64,000 nt of DNA, from assembly GCF_938091165.1 (NCBI RefSeq), contig NZ_CALKNK010000043.1; one strand, given 5' to 3'. Position numbers and translations under genes: made by a program. Under the pieces are notes generated by a model that was given only the letters and a program-made list of their open reading frames with translations, was not told the origin of the DNA and did no database searches. Source of the DNA: an uncultured Ilumatobacter sp. Its GTDB lineage: Bacteria; Actinomycetota; Acidimicrobiia; Acidimicrobiales; Ilumatobacteraceae. This document shows positions 10,028-19,892 of the stretch, in pieces (within the stretch, counting starts at the first letter, position 1; each line of letters begins with the position of its first letter).

Positions 10028-12670
10028 TCAGAGCTGGCCATTTTGCTGCAGCAGTTCGAACTCTTCGACCGTCATCAGAACCGAGCGGGCCTTTGAGCCC
10101 TCACTTGGACCGACAACGCCACGTGTTTCGAGCAGGTCCATAATGCGACCTGCCCGAGCGAAGCCGACTTTGAGCTTTCGTTGCAACATTGACGTTGACC
10201 CCAGTTGGCTGCGCACGACGAGCTCCATTGCCTGGCGCATCATCACAGTGTCCTCGTCCTCTTCGCCTGCGGAGAATGCATTGGCGTCGGAGGTGAGATC
10301 CATTGTTCCCGTCGACATTGGAGCGACCCCCGGCGCTCCGAGCGCTGGCGGCACCAGAGCGGCCTGATCAATGCCTGCAAAACCGTTGGCGTCAGCGGTT
10401 GGGGCGTCTTCACCATCTTCGACCGCTGCAGAGTGAATCGGCTCCGGCGCCTGAGCACGCCAGTGGGCCACGACCTTGCGAACCTCTTCTTCGGTGATGA
10501 ACGCGCCTTGGATGCGGTTGGCAACTGAGGAGTTGCCCGGCAAAAGCAGCATGTCGCCTTTGCCAACAAGCTTGTCGGCGCCGGGCTGGTCAAGTATGAC
10601 TCGCGAATCAGTGAGCGACGAGACGGCGAAGGCCATTCGCGCAGGGATGTTGGCTTTAATCACACCCGTGATGACGTTGACGGATGGACGCTGCGTGGCC
10701 ACGATGAGATGAATCCCCACAGCGCGTGCCTTTTGAGCAATGCGGGTGATTGACTCCTCGACGTCGCGCGCTGCGACCATCATGAGGTCATTGAGTTCGT
10801 CGACCACGATGACGATGTATGGCATGTACTCATAGACGGCAGGACTTTCAGGGTTCCAGCCAATCGGCTGCTCAATATCACCCTTTTTGAACGACTTGTT
10901 GTAGCCACCGATGTCGCGGTATCCGACCTCAGAGAGCACGTCGTAGCGGCGCTCCATTTCCTTCACAGCCCAGCCGAGCGCGTTCGCCGCCTTCTTCGGA
11001 TTGGTAACCGGCTGCGTCAGCAGATGCGGGAGGCGCTGATACTGCCCCATCTCGACTTGCTTCGGATCAATCAGTATCAGCCGCACATCATCCGGTGTCG
11101 TGCGCATCAGCAACGATGTGATGATGCAGTTGATGCCAGAGGACTTTCCGGCTCCGGTAGCACCAGCAATAAGCATGTGAGGCGTTGCAGCGAGATCGAG
11201 GAACACCGCCTTACCGGCAATGTCTTTCCCAACGGCCACGTCGAGGGTGTTGTTCGAAGTCAACGCCTCGGGCGACACCATCAGATCGCCGAGCGCAACG
11301 AGTTGACGTTGTTGATTCGGAACCTCGACACCGATGGCCGAGCGGCCTGGAATCGGGGCGAGAATTCGCACATCGGTTGCCGCCATCGCATATGCGATGT
11401 CTTTCTGCAGGTTGGTGACTTTTGCGACCTTGACCCCAGCACCGAGCTCAAGTTCATATCGCGTGACGGTAGGGCCGACGGTCATGCCGATCAGCTCAGT
11501 ATCGACGTTGTGCGATGCCAGCGATTCCTGCAGCGTCTCGCCACGCTTCTCGATGGCCTTGAGGTCCATTTTCTGCTCGCCCGCCGTGTCGAGAAACGAC
11601 GTCGGCGGAAGCACCCAGTCGCCAACGTGTGTTCCATCAGGTGAAATGTCACCTGCCTTGGACCCGCTGTGGACCTTGGGTTTTGCAGCTCGCTTTCGTT
11701 TTGGTTTCGCCGGAGCATCTTCGACCCACTCATCGCCATCAACTTCGAAGTCGTACACCTCTGCTCCCGTGCCCAAAGTCATTGCTTCGCCGGCGACCCT
11801 AGGACCAGGAGTCTCACCAGAACTTCCATGCCCCGATGAGTCGTAGCTGCGAAGCTCACCGCTTTCGTCGCGGTCGCTGCTGAGCGTGGAGATGTTGCTG
11901 AGACCCGACCGCGCGGCGCGTGCCATCGGGCGTAACACTGTCGATAAAAATCCGCCGGTAGACGTCGCCATCGTGCGTAGTGACGTCTGAGTGACAATCA
12001 GCAGTCCCCCGATCAGCAACGCCACGAAGACGACAACAGCACCGGGCGCAGCTAGCGCTGCGCTCAGAGGCTCGGCCGCTAACGCGCCAAGCCAGCCACC
12101 CGCAGTTTCGAGATCGTCAACGTCGGCGGAGATTTTGTCCGGCCCGCGCACAATATGCAGTAGGCCGAGAATTGAAATTCCAACGAGAGCCCATCCAAGC
12201 ATCAGCCGGATCGGACTGAACGAACGACCGCGTTTGACAACAGCGATTCCCGCCGCGATCAACACGAGCGGCACGGCTAGACGTCCGAGACCCGAAAACC
12301 ACCCAATGACTGTTTCAATACCGCGGCCGAGCGGACCGGCGAGATCCACATAGACGGCGAGCGCGGTGAGCACTCCGGCGCCAATCATGCCGAGGCCGAG
12401 CAACTCGTGTTCACGACCGTCGACAGCGCCACGCAACTCGGCAGCGGCGCGATCGCTGCGCGTCAGCCCCAGCGGGGTCTGGTCGCGCACTGATGCGGTC
12501 CGCTGACGCTCACCGGCCGGCATCACCTCGGTGGGATCAGCGCTCTGCGATTTGTTCGAACCGGCTGACCGAGTGGTCTTGGCTAACCGAGACGACGCAT
12601 TAACGCTCGTTGAACGCTTACCAGGCGCCTTCTTGGCGGACTTTTTTTTGGACGGACCCCAGGTGGACAT
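10028..12670 (-). CDS. ftsK: DNA translocase FtsK
   Basis: 4TM N-terminus, PHMLIAGATGAGKS Walker A, DELNDLMM, ATQRPS and the gamma domain (STSMLQRKLKVGFARAGRIMD). Confidence 0.97.
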   Translation of the reverse strand: MSTWGPSKKKSAKKAPGKRSTSVNASSRLAKTTRSAGSNKSQSADPTEVMPAGERQRTASVRDQTPLGLTRSDRAAAELRGAVDGREHELLGLGMIGAGVLTALAVYVDLAGPLGRGIETVIGWFSGLGRLAVPLVLIAAGIAVVKRGRSFSPIRLMLGWALVGISILGLLHIVRGPDKISADVDDLETAGGWLGALAAEPLSAALAAPGAVVVFVALLIGGLLIVTQTSLRTMATSTGGFLSTVLRPMARAARSGLSNISTLSSDRDESGELRSYDSSGHGSSGETPGPRVAGEAMTLGTGAEVYDFEVDGDEWVEDAPAKPKRKRAAKPKVHSGSKAGDISPDGTHVGDWVLPPTSFLDTAGEQKMDLKAIEKRGETLQESLASHNVDTELIGMTVGPTVTRYELELGAGVKVAKVTNLQKDIAYAMAATDVRILAPIPGRSAIGVEVPNQQRQLVALGDLMVSPEALTSNNTLDVAVGKDIAGKAVFLDLAATPHMLIAGATGAGKSSGINCIITSLLMRTTPDDVRLILIDPKQVEMGQYQRLPHLLTQPVTNPKKAANALGWAVKEMERRYDVLSEVGYRDIGGYNKSFKKGDIEQPIGWNPESPAVYEYMPYIVIVVDELNDLMMVAARDVEESITRIAQKARAVGIHLIVATQRPSVNVITGVIKANIPARMAFAVSSLTDSRVILDQPGADKLVGKGDMLLLPGNSSVANRIQGAFITEEEVRKVVAHWRAQAPEPIHSAAVEDGEDAPTADANGFAGIDQAALVPPALGAPGVAPMSTGTMDLTSDANAFSAGEEDEDTVMMRQAMELVVRSQLGSTSMLQRKLKVGFARAGRIMDLLETRGVVGPSEGSKARSVLMTVEEFELLQQNGQL

Positions 12671-12759
12671 GGCAGATACCACCGTACCAACCCAGTGTCA
12701 TGACGGTCAGCGACCCGGCGAAGAACGCCCGTTCGGCCTCTGCCCGCTTGTTGGTCAAG

Positions 12760-13281
12760 TCACAGTGGACGGACCTCAATCACTGCGCCGGATGGCGCCA
12801 CGACGATGTCGAGAACCCCGCCCTGAGCCGACCGGGCGGAAACTACGTAGCGGACGAATCCACCAGGCCCACCTTCGATACTGAGGGCATCGATTGATGC
12901 CGTCGGAAGGTCGGCAGCGACGCCTGCAAGAATTTTCTTGTCATCGAAATCGAGAGCTGCGGCAGTAAAAGTTTGGCCAGCGGCCCCGTCGATTCTCGGT
13001 CCTGGCGCCTGCAACTCGCCTGCGAGGTAGACGTAGGGCACGGCTGCAGTTCCGTCATCGACGGCGACGAAGACGTTGGTGAGCTGGGGCGTTGCGGTGA
13101 TCTCGAAGTACTCCTGGCTTCCTTGGAGCTCTGTTTCGATTGCGGCCACAGCTGCACGAATCTCGAACTCAAAGGGTGGTCCGCTCGGCGCTGCGTCAGA
13201 GTCCGCACTACCGCTGCAACCCAGAAATACGCACAGCACAGCGACGGTGGCTAAGCATCGGGGCAACGAACTGAGGGTCAT
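12760..13281 (-). CDS. Hypothetical lipoprotein
   Basis: Signal peptide with lipobox-like FLGC, acidic globular composition, and a 4-nt overlap with the upstream ORF. Confidence 0.65.
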   Translation of the reverse strand: MTLSSLPRCLATVAVLCVFLGCSGSADSDAAPSGPPFEFEIRAAVAAIETELQGSQEYFEITATPQLTNVFVAVDDGTAAVPYVYLAGELQAPGPRIDGAAGQTFTAAALDFDDKKILAGVAADLPTASIDALSIEGGPGGFVRYVVSARSAQGGVLDIVVAPSGAVIEVRPL

Positions 13282-13694
13282 CGCGCTGCGTTCATGCGTT
13301 GACGTTTCCGGGTGAAGTCGAAATTCTTCATCACAGCTTGGAGGTCGCCGGTCGGGGGCGATTCAGCGTGTGGAAGCTTGCCAAGCAGACCGGGGAGTGT
13401 GCTAGCCGAGTTGTTCTTGACCTCGTTGCGGGTCGGGTCCGCCTGAGCAACGGTCTGTTCAACTTTGGACTTGTGAAGCTTTTGCTCAACATCGTCAGGC
13501 GAAGGCATCTCGTTGTGTCGGAGCCCAACCCAAATGTTGACCCGACCACCCAAGCCAACGCTTGTGAACTCGCTAAGTAGCTCACCGACAGTGCCGGTGG
13601 TCCATTTTTGGCGAAGCGCCGACCAGAGTGCGTCGGTCAGTGGATTGACAGACTCCGGCCCAATGAGTCTTCCGACTACGCTCATGATTTCCAT
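13278..13694 (-). CDS. Divergent YidB/DUF937-like protein
   Basis: GELLSEFTSVGLGGRVNIWVG...NEMPSPDDVEQ...LPGLLGKL resembles the YidB pattern (GLG..V.SWVG.G.N..ISP...LP.LIDKL). Confidence 0.5.
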   Translation of the reverse strand: MEIMSVVGRLIGPESVNPLTDALWSALRQKWTTGTVGELLSEFTSVGLGGRVNIWVGLRHNEMPSPDDVEQKLHKSKVEQTVAQADPTRNEVKNNSASTLPGLLGKLPHAESPPTGDLQAVMKNFDFTRKRQRMNAAR

Positions 13695-13729
13695 CGCCGC
13701 GCAGGTTAGGCGCCGATTGGTAGTAACCG

Positions 13730-15466
13730 TCAGGCTTCCATGACGACGGGGACGATCATGGGCTTGCGTTTGGTGCGCTCGCTCACGAATTTGCCCGCTG
13801 CTCGGCGCACTTCGCGCTCAAGTTGCTCGACGTCGCGCACCCCTTCGCTCAGGGCGAGTTCGACTTTTGCGGCAACCGCGTCACAGGCTTCATCAAGGAG
13901 ATCTTCGGCCTCAGGCGCATAGACCCAGCCGCGGGTGATGATCTCGGGACCGACTAACACTTTGCCGGTCTGAATGTCGACGGTGACGACCACGACGACG
14001 ACTCCCTCTTCGGCCAACTTCTGGCGGTCGCGCAGGACACCCTGTCCGACGTCACCGACGATGCCGTCGACGTACAAGTATCCGGCAGGCACTCGTCCGA
14101 CCTGCGTGAGACCTCCATCGGCGAGCTCAATCACATCGCCGTCTTCACATTGGATAATTCGGTTGGCGGGCACGCCCATCAGTTCACCAAGCTTGGCGTT
14201 GGCCACCATGTGGCGGTACTCGCCATGAATCGGTACGAACCACTCAGGATTGACGATCGAGAGGTAGGTCTTAATGTCGTCGGCTTTCGCGTGTCCGGTG
14301 GCGTGAACGTCCATGATCCCGGAGTGAACCACCTGGGCGCCGAGGCGGAGCAACCCGTCAATCACTTTGTTGACGCTGCCTTCGTTACCGGGAATGGCAT
14401 GACTCGACAGCACCACAGTGTCACTTTCGTTGAGCTTGAGCCAACGGTTTTCGCCACGGGCCATGAGGCCGAGGGCCGACATCGGCTCACCTTGGGATCC
14501 AGTAGAGATGATGCAGATATCTCCGGGGTCATGCTGGTTGATTTCTTCGATGTCGATCAGTGACGATTCGGGAATCTTGAACACTCCAAGGTCGAGGCCA
14601 AGGCGGATGTTCTTTTTCATGCTGAGCCCCAGCGTGGCGACCTTACGGCCCTCGCCGACGGCAGCATCAGCGATTTGTTGAATGCGGTGCAGGTGGCTGG
14701 CAAAGCTCGCTGTAATGATCCGCTGGCCGCGTTGCTGGGCGAAAAGGGAACGGAGCGCTCCGCCGACGTTGGTTTCACTTGAGGCGTAACCCGGCTCCTC
14801 GGCATTTGTCGAGTCACTCATCAAAAGCCGGATGCCCTCAGTTTTTGCGAGTTGGCCGATGCGGGCTAGGTCGGCGCGCCGAGAGTCGACTGGCGTCAGA
14901 TCGATTTTAAAGTCGCCGGAGTGCAGGACTACCCCCTGTGCGGTGTGGACCGCAATGGCGTGGGCATGAGGCACGGAGTGGGTGACAGGAATGAACTCCA
15001 CGAGTAGCGTTCCCACGTCAATCTGTTCACCGTCCTTGACCGAGCGCATGTCGATCTTCGGCATCAGGCCGGCTTCTTCGATGCGGTTCCGAGCGAGGCC
15101 GAGGGCGAGCGCTGAGCCGTAGACCGGCAGAGGGGTATTGCATAGGTGGCCGATACCGTCGCCGTCGCGCATCAGATACTGAATAGCGCCAATGTGGTCT
15201 TCATGGCCGTGCGTGAGGATGATCGCTCGAATTCGTGCTGCGTTTTCGCGCAAGTACGTAAAATCGGGGAGTATCAGGTCGACCCCGTGGTGAATTGCAT
15301 CGGGGAACATCAACCCACAGTCGATGAGCATGATCGTGCGGTCTGGGTCGTCGGCTGCGCCCTGCTCGATCGCCATGCAGTTGCGGCCAATCTCACCGAG
15401 CCCACCGAGGAAAACGACTCGCACGGGCACAGTCGGGTCGAGCGGGGCGGTGTAGATCTGGGTCAT
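13730..15466 (-). CDS. rnj: Ribonuclease J
   Basis: LGGLGEIGRN, THGHEDHIG, HSGDFK, SDSTNA, GSQGEP, HATGH, PIHGEYRH. Confidence 0.97.
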   Translation of the reverse strand: MTQIYTAPLDPTVPVRVVFLGGLGEIGRNCMAIEQGAADDPDRTIMLIDCGLMFPDAIHHGVDLILPDFTYLRENAARIRAIILTHGHEDHIGAIQYLMRDGDGIGHLCNTPLPVYGSALALGLARNRIEEAGLMPKIDMRSVKDGEQIDVGTLLVEFIPVTHSVPHAHAIAVHTAQGVVLHSGDFKIDLTPVDSRRADLARIGQLAKTEGIRLLMSDSTNAEEPGYASSETNVGGALRSLFAQQRGQRIITASFASHLHRIQQIADAAVGEGRKVATLGLSMKKNIRLGLDLGVFKIPESSLIDIEEINQHDPGDICIISTGSQGEPMSALGLMARGENRWLKLNESDTVVLSSHAIPGNEGSVNKVIDGLLRLGAQVVHSGIMDVHATGHAKADDIKTYLSIVNPEWFVPIHGEYRHMVANAKLGELMGVPANRIIQCEDGDVIELADGGLTQVGRVPAGYLYVDGIVGDVGQGVLRDRQKLAEEGVVVVVVTVDIQTGKVLVGPEIITRGWVYAPEAEDLLDEACDAVAAKVELALSEGVRDVEQLEREVRRAAGKFVSERTKRKPMIVPVVMEA

Positions 15467-15500
15467 ATCGATTCGATTCGTTGGCGATCAGGTGGGCAGC

Positions 15501-16400
15501 TCAGTGTGTTGCGGCGCGTGCTGCTACCAGGTGTTCGTACACGGCGCGCGCCGCTTCCTCGGTGCCCTCGGGCTCGGGGCCCATAGGAAGGCGGCACGAT
15601 CCGACGGGGTGACCGAGCGTGCGCATCATTGATTTTGTTTGCACCGGGTTTGGGGCATCGTCGTTGCCTTCGAATTCGTAGCTTTCGATAAGCAACCGAT
15701 TCAGTCGTTGGGCCTCATCAATGTCGTTGCGATTCCATGCGTTGAACATCGCTAAGTGCTCGGGCGCCGCCCAGTGGGTGCACACGCCAATTGCCCCAAC
15801 CGCACCGACCGCCAGTAGCGGAAGGTTCATCGGCGAGTCGCCTGAGTAGACCTGGAAGTCGTTTGGACTCGCCGCGATAACTTTGGCGGTTTCACTCGGG
15901 TCGCCGGCGGCGTCCTTGAGGGCCACGATGTTGGTGACGTCATTGGCAAGACGGATCAGCGTCGGAGTCGACATCTTGCGACCGGTTCGCTTAGGGATGT
16001 CATAGACCACGATGGGAAGGTCGGTGCTTGACGCGATCGCCCGAAAGTGCTCTTCGATGCCAATCTGCGATGGGCAGCTGTAATAGGGACTGACGCCGAG
16101 GACTCCTGCTATGCCGTGCTTGCTCGCCTCAGATGTGAGACCGATGTCTTGACGCGTGTTCGAACCTGTCGTTCCTGCGATGACTGGAACGGTGACAGCA
16201 GCAGCGATAGCTTCGAACAGCAGGAGCTTCTCATTGACCGACAACGTTGCTGACTCTCCGGTCGTGCCAGCAACAACGAGGGACTCGTTCCCTTCGGCAA
16301 CGAGCCATTTCGCCAAAGCAACAGCGGCATCGATATCAAGTTCGCCAGTGTCGTCGAAGGGTGTCACCATCGCAACTGATACACGACCAAAGTGCGGCAT
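15501..16400 (-). CDS. dapA: 4-hydroxy-tetrahydrodipicolinate synthase
   Basis: MVTPF, GTTGES, PYY, YDIP and LKDA (Schiff-base Lys), with dapA-rnj synteny. Confidence 0.93.
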   Translation of the reverse strand: MPHFGRVSVAMVTPFDDTGELDIDAAVALAKWLVAEGNESLVVAGTTGESATLSVNEKLLLFEAIAAAVTVPVIAGTTGSNTRQDIGLTSEASKHGIAGVLGVSPYYSCPSQIGIEEHFRAIASSTDLPIVVYDIPKRTGRKMSTPTLIRLANDVTNIVALKDAAGDPSETAKVIAASPNDFQVYSGDSPMNLPLLAVGAVGAIGVCTHWAAPEHLAMFNAWNRNDIDEAQRLNRLLIESYEFEGNDDAPNPVQTKSMMRTLGHPVGSCRLPMGPEPEGTEEAARAVYEHLVAARAATH

Positions 16401-16495
16401 CAGCGCGTTCCTTTGGTCGCGGGCCTGAACATCTCCGTACCTATCACCTCTGAGAACCTATTGCATTGAACGGCAGTTGATGCGCCCGTGTCGGA

Positions 16496-18205
16496 CTAAA
16501 ACGATCTCTCTGCCGATCGATTGATGCCCTGGGCGAGAATAAGGTCTTCGTGGAGCTCCACCCAGGCATCGTGATGGCTGCCGCACATCACCCCGGCGAA
16601 CTTATTTGTCTCACCTTGCTGCAGGCATGTGAGGCTCCGCGTAAGACGCTCTGCGTACGGCTGAGGCCGCTCAAGCACGCCGCTGAGCAGTACCACCAAA
16701 GGCTGAGCTGCTGCGTCGAGGGCGGCAAGACGGTCGATCACGTTCTCATCGTAAGCCGCATCCCTGTGGTCGTTAACATCGCCTTCGCGGAGCCGCCATT
16801 CGCCGCAGAAAGCATGAAAAGGGGAGTTGGTTGCCAAGAATTTCTCGTAGGACGACACAAGATCAGCGGTTTCAACGCTAACGAGTTCGGCATCGAGTAG
16901 GTCGGGGTAGGCCAGGCGACCATCTGGTGTGAGCTGCCACAAATCGCTGGCTTCGCAGAACTGGACCTGGTCGGCTTCGAGCATATTCATCAGGTTTGGC
17001 TGTACACCGCCAGGTGGCAGCGCAGTCATCTCACTGAGGGTGTCAACGGTTGCGAAACTTTTGATCCGAAGAGCGTGAAATGTCTGGAATGCAGGTGTCG
17101 AACTGTTCGACATCCCGGCGCGACGTGTGAGGGGCATCGCTCCGCGAGCAGACGGAACGGACGACACGCCCAACTCCTGTGGCAGCCCTGCGGAGCGTTG
17201 GCAGCGGCACCACACGTACCACGCTGTGCCGAGGATGATTGGCATCACATAGGTGAGGAGTCGGTAGATGAGAACACCGGCGAGTGCTAGTTCAGTATCA
17301 ACACCGGCTGCGACGAGCGCACCGGTCACTCCGGCTTCGATCACACCAACTCCGCCGGGGGTCGGGGCGAGTGACCCGAGGATATGGGCGACAAAATAAA
17401 CACGAGCGAATTCCGGTACCTCGAGTTCATCGCCGACCCCCAGTCCACGCAAGGCCACCCACAAGATGACTGCCCCAGTGCCCTGTGCCACCAGCGTGCG
17501 CAGAAGCAAGCCGACTGGACGACCCGCAATTGTCCGGAGCCCGTTGCGAATCTCGTCAACGACCAAAGCAGCGAGGTCCCGGTCAGAAGCTGCAGAGTCG
17601 ACATCGCCGAGCACCGCCGGCCAGCGCGCCACGACCCACTCACTGCGAGCGATCACAAAAAGGTGAGCCCGCTCAGACCTCAGCATGAGCAGCCAAAACA
17701 GCGCTGCGCCACCGAGCACGGCGGCACAGACGGAAACAATCGCTAAGTCGGCGAGGTCGGAGTCACGGCCCGCCATGTCGACAACAGTAGCGACCAGCGG
17801 ATACCCCCAGCTCACGAATGCTGTTGCGACGCCTGAGGCGACCAGCATCACAATGAATCTTGTCCCGGGGACACACCGTTCTCGGGCGAGTTGCCAGCGA
17901 AGCACGGTGGCAAGCGGACCGCCGGCCGGAATGCCCTTACTCGCCGCAGCGCCAACATCGCTGATCATTTCGGATCGCGTCAACGTCAGCTCAGGAAGCA
18001 GTGAGCGGATCACTTCCGCACGCGACACTCGATCAAGCACTCCGAGCAGCACTAAGACGACCACGGTCGCCGCGGACAGCTCGCCGATCTCCTTGAGTGC
18101 TTGCGCAATCGTTTGCCGCTGAAAGATGACGGCAGTGACCAGGACCAGCGCGACGAGCAGCACTGCGCACTTTCTGATCCGTGGCTCGTCTATCAGTCGC
18201 CGCAC
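16496..18205 (-). CDS. Lysylphosphatidylglycerol synthase TM (UPF0104) domain fused to a C-terminal Rv1126c-like/winged-helix domain
   Basis: Multi-TM N-terminal part with PTPGGVGVIE and YRLLTY. The C-terminal ~205 aa contain HALRIK, NDHRDAAYD and WVELHEDL. Confidence 0.75.
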   Translation of the reverse strand: MRRLIDEPRIRKCAVLLVALVLVTAVIFQRQTIAQALKEIGELSAATVVVLVLLGVLDRVSRAEVIRSLLPELTLTRSEMISDVGAAASKGIPAGGPLATVLRWQLARERCVPGTRFIVMLVASGVATAFVSWGYPLVATVVDMAGRDSDLADLAIVSVCAAVLGGAALFWLLMLRSERAHLFVIARSEWVVARWPAVLGDVDSAASDRDLAALVVDEIRNGLRTIAGRPVGLLLRTLVAQGTGAVILWVALRGLGVGDELEVPEFARVYFVAHILGSLAPTPGGVGVIEAGVTGALVAAGVDTELALAGVLIYRLLTYVMPIILGTAWYVWCRCQRSAGLPQELGVSSVPSARGAMPLTRRAGMSNSSTPAFQTFHALRIKSFATVDTLSEMTALPPGGVQPNLMNMLEADQVQFCEASDLWQLTPDGRLAYPDLLDAELVSVETADLVSSYEKFLATNSPFHAFCGEWRLREGDVNDHRDAAYDENVIDRLAALDAAAQPLVVLLSGVLERPQPYAERLTRSLTCLQQGETNKFAGVMCGSHHDAWVELHEDLILAQGINRSAERSF

Positions 18206-18300
18206 TAGTTCGAAGGTATAAGCCCGGCAGCATGGATGCTCAACGCTGCGCTGATTGTTCTCAGGACCTCAACAGTGACGGCGCTAAGGCTCAGCTCAGC

Positions 18301-19707
18301 TCAGCTCAAACGACTTACTCCATCAGTGATAGCTGCCTTTGCGACGGCTGCGGCCACGGCCATCGAGACTGAGCGGTCGAACACCGATGGCATGATGTTG
18401 TCTTCATTGAGTTCGTCGTTTGACACGGATTCGGCAATCGCTTTCGCAGCCGCAAGCTTCATGTTTTCAGTGATGTCGGTGGCCTGCGCATCAAGGGCAC
18501 CTCGGAAAATGCCGGGAAACGCAAGCACGTTGTTGATCTGGTTCGGATAGTCGCTTCTACCAGTTCCCATGACGCGGACGAGATCACCGACCAACTCGGG
18601 ACGAATCTCGGGGTCCGGGTTGGCCATGGCAAAGACGATTGGGTCGACATTCATGTTGCCGATGTCATCGACGGTCAACACGTCAGGGGCGCTCACGCCG
18701 ATAAATACGTCTGCTCCGTGCATCACATCGGACAGTTCGCCTTGCTTGCTATCTGGATTGGTGTTCTCAGCAAACCACTGTTTCCAGCTGTTGAGGCCGT
18801 CGCGCCCGTCGTAAACCGCGCCCTTACTATCGACGCCAACAATTTTTGTTGCGCCAGCTCCGAGCAAAATTTTACCAATTGCAACGCCTGCAGCGCCGAC
18901 CCCTGAAATGACGATCGATAGATCGGCCATATTCTTGCCGGTGATCCGCAACGCATTTTCGACAGCGGCGAGCGTGACAACAGCTGTGCCGTGCTGGTCA
19001 TCGTGGAACACCGGAATGTCGAGGGCTTCCTTCAGCGCCTCTTCGACCTGAAAGGCGCCTGGAGCAGCGATGTCTTCGAGGTTGACGCCGCCGAAGGTCG
19101 GGGCGAGCCGGATGACAGTTTCGATAATCTCCTCTGGCGATGACACATCGAGGCAAATCGGGAAAGCGTCTACTCCGCCGAACTCCTTGAAGAGCAGCGC
19201 TTTTCCTTCCATCACCGGCATCGCACCCTTGGGGCCGATGTCGCCAAGACCAAGCACGGCCGTGCCGTCGGAAACAATAGCGACAGTGTTTTTGCGGATC
19301 GTGTACTCATCAGCAAGACGCTCGTCGGCAGCGATGGCCTTACACACCCGAGCTACGCCGGGGGTGTACGCCATCGACAAATCGTCTTGATCGCCAACTG
19401 GGAGCAGCGAAAGCACTTCAATCTTGCCACCTTCGTGCATCCGAAATGTTCGATCGTGCCATGCCTCCAACGTGACACCGTCGGTCGCAACAACTGCGTC
19501 GACAATGTCCTGTTGATGTTCGATGCTCCTGCAGTTGACGACGATGTCGCGCTCAAGTTCCTCGCCTTTGGCAACGAACCCTTCGATTGCGAAAATGTTG
19601 CCACCTGCCTCACCGATTGCCGAGCAAAGACGGCCGAGAACACCGGGAACATTGTCAAGTGTGACGTCGAGTGTGATCGAGAACTGCGTTGCGGTAGGCG
19701 TCGACAT
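18301..19707 (-). CDS. NAD(P)-dependent malic enzyme with N-terminal ACT domain
   Basis: AYTPGVA, DGTAVLGLGDIG, VMEGKA, NLEDI, FHDDQHGTA, GRSDYPNQINN. Confidence 0.95.
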   Translation of the reverse strand: MSTPTATQFSITLDVTLDNVPGVLGRLCSAIGEAGGNIFAIEGFVAKGEELERDIVVNCRSIEHQQDIVDAVVATDGVTLEAWHDRTFRMHEGGKIEVLSLLPVGDQDDLSMAYTPGVARVCKAIAADERLADEYTIRKNTVAIVSDGTAVLGLGDIGPKGAMPVMEGKALLFKEFGGVDAFPICLDVSSPEEIIETVIRLAPTFGGVNLEDIAAPGAFQVEEALKEALDIPVFHDDQHGTAVVTLAAVENALRITGKNMADLSIVISGVGAAGVAIGKILLGAGATKIVGVDSKGAVYDGRDGLNSWKQWFAENTNPDSKQGELSDVMHGADVFIGVSAPDVLTVDDIGNMNVDPIVFAMANPDPEIRPELVGDLVRVMGTGRSDYPNQINNVLAFPGIFRGALDAQATDITENMKLAAAKAIAESVSNDELNEDNIMPSVFDRSVSMAVAAAVAKAAITDGVSRLS

Positions 19708-19892
19708 AGGGCGAAGAACCTACCTTGCGTCCGGCTGACACGCTGCGCCACGGGAATCTGAGCAGCTTTCTCAACCAGGGCCGCATCCGCGAACATGGCC
19801 CACTCAAGCAGATTTTTGGCGAACCGCAAGAGCCGTGCACCCGTAAGTTCCTGCAGCGCGTGATCGATTCTGGCCGCCTCTAAGCGTCGGGG

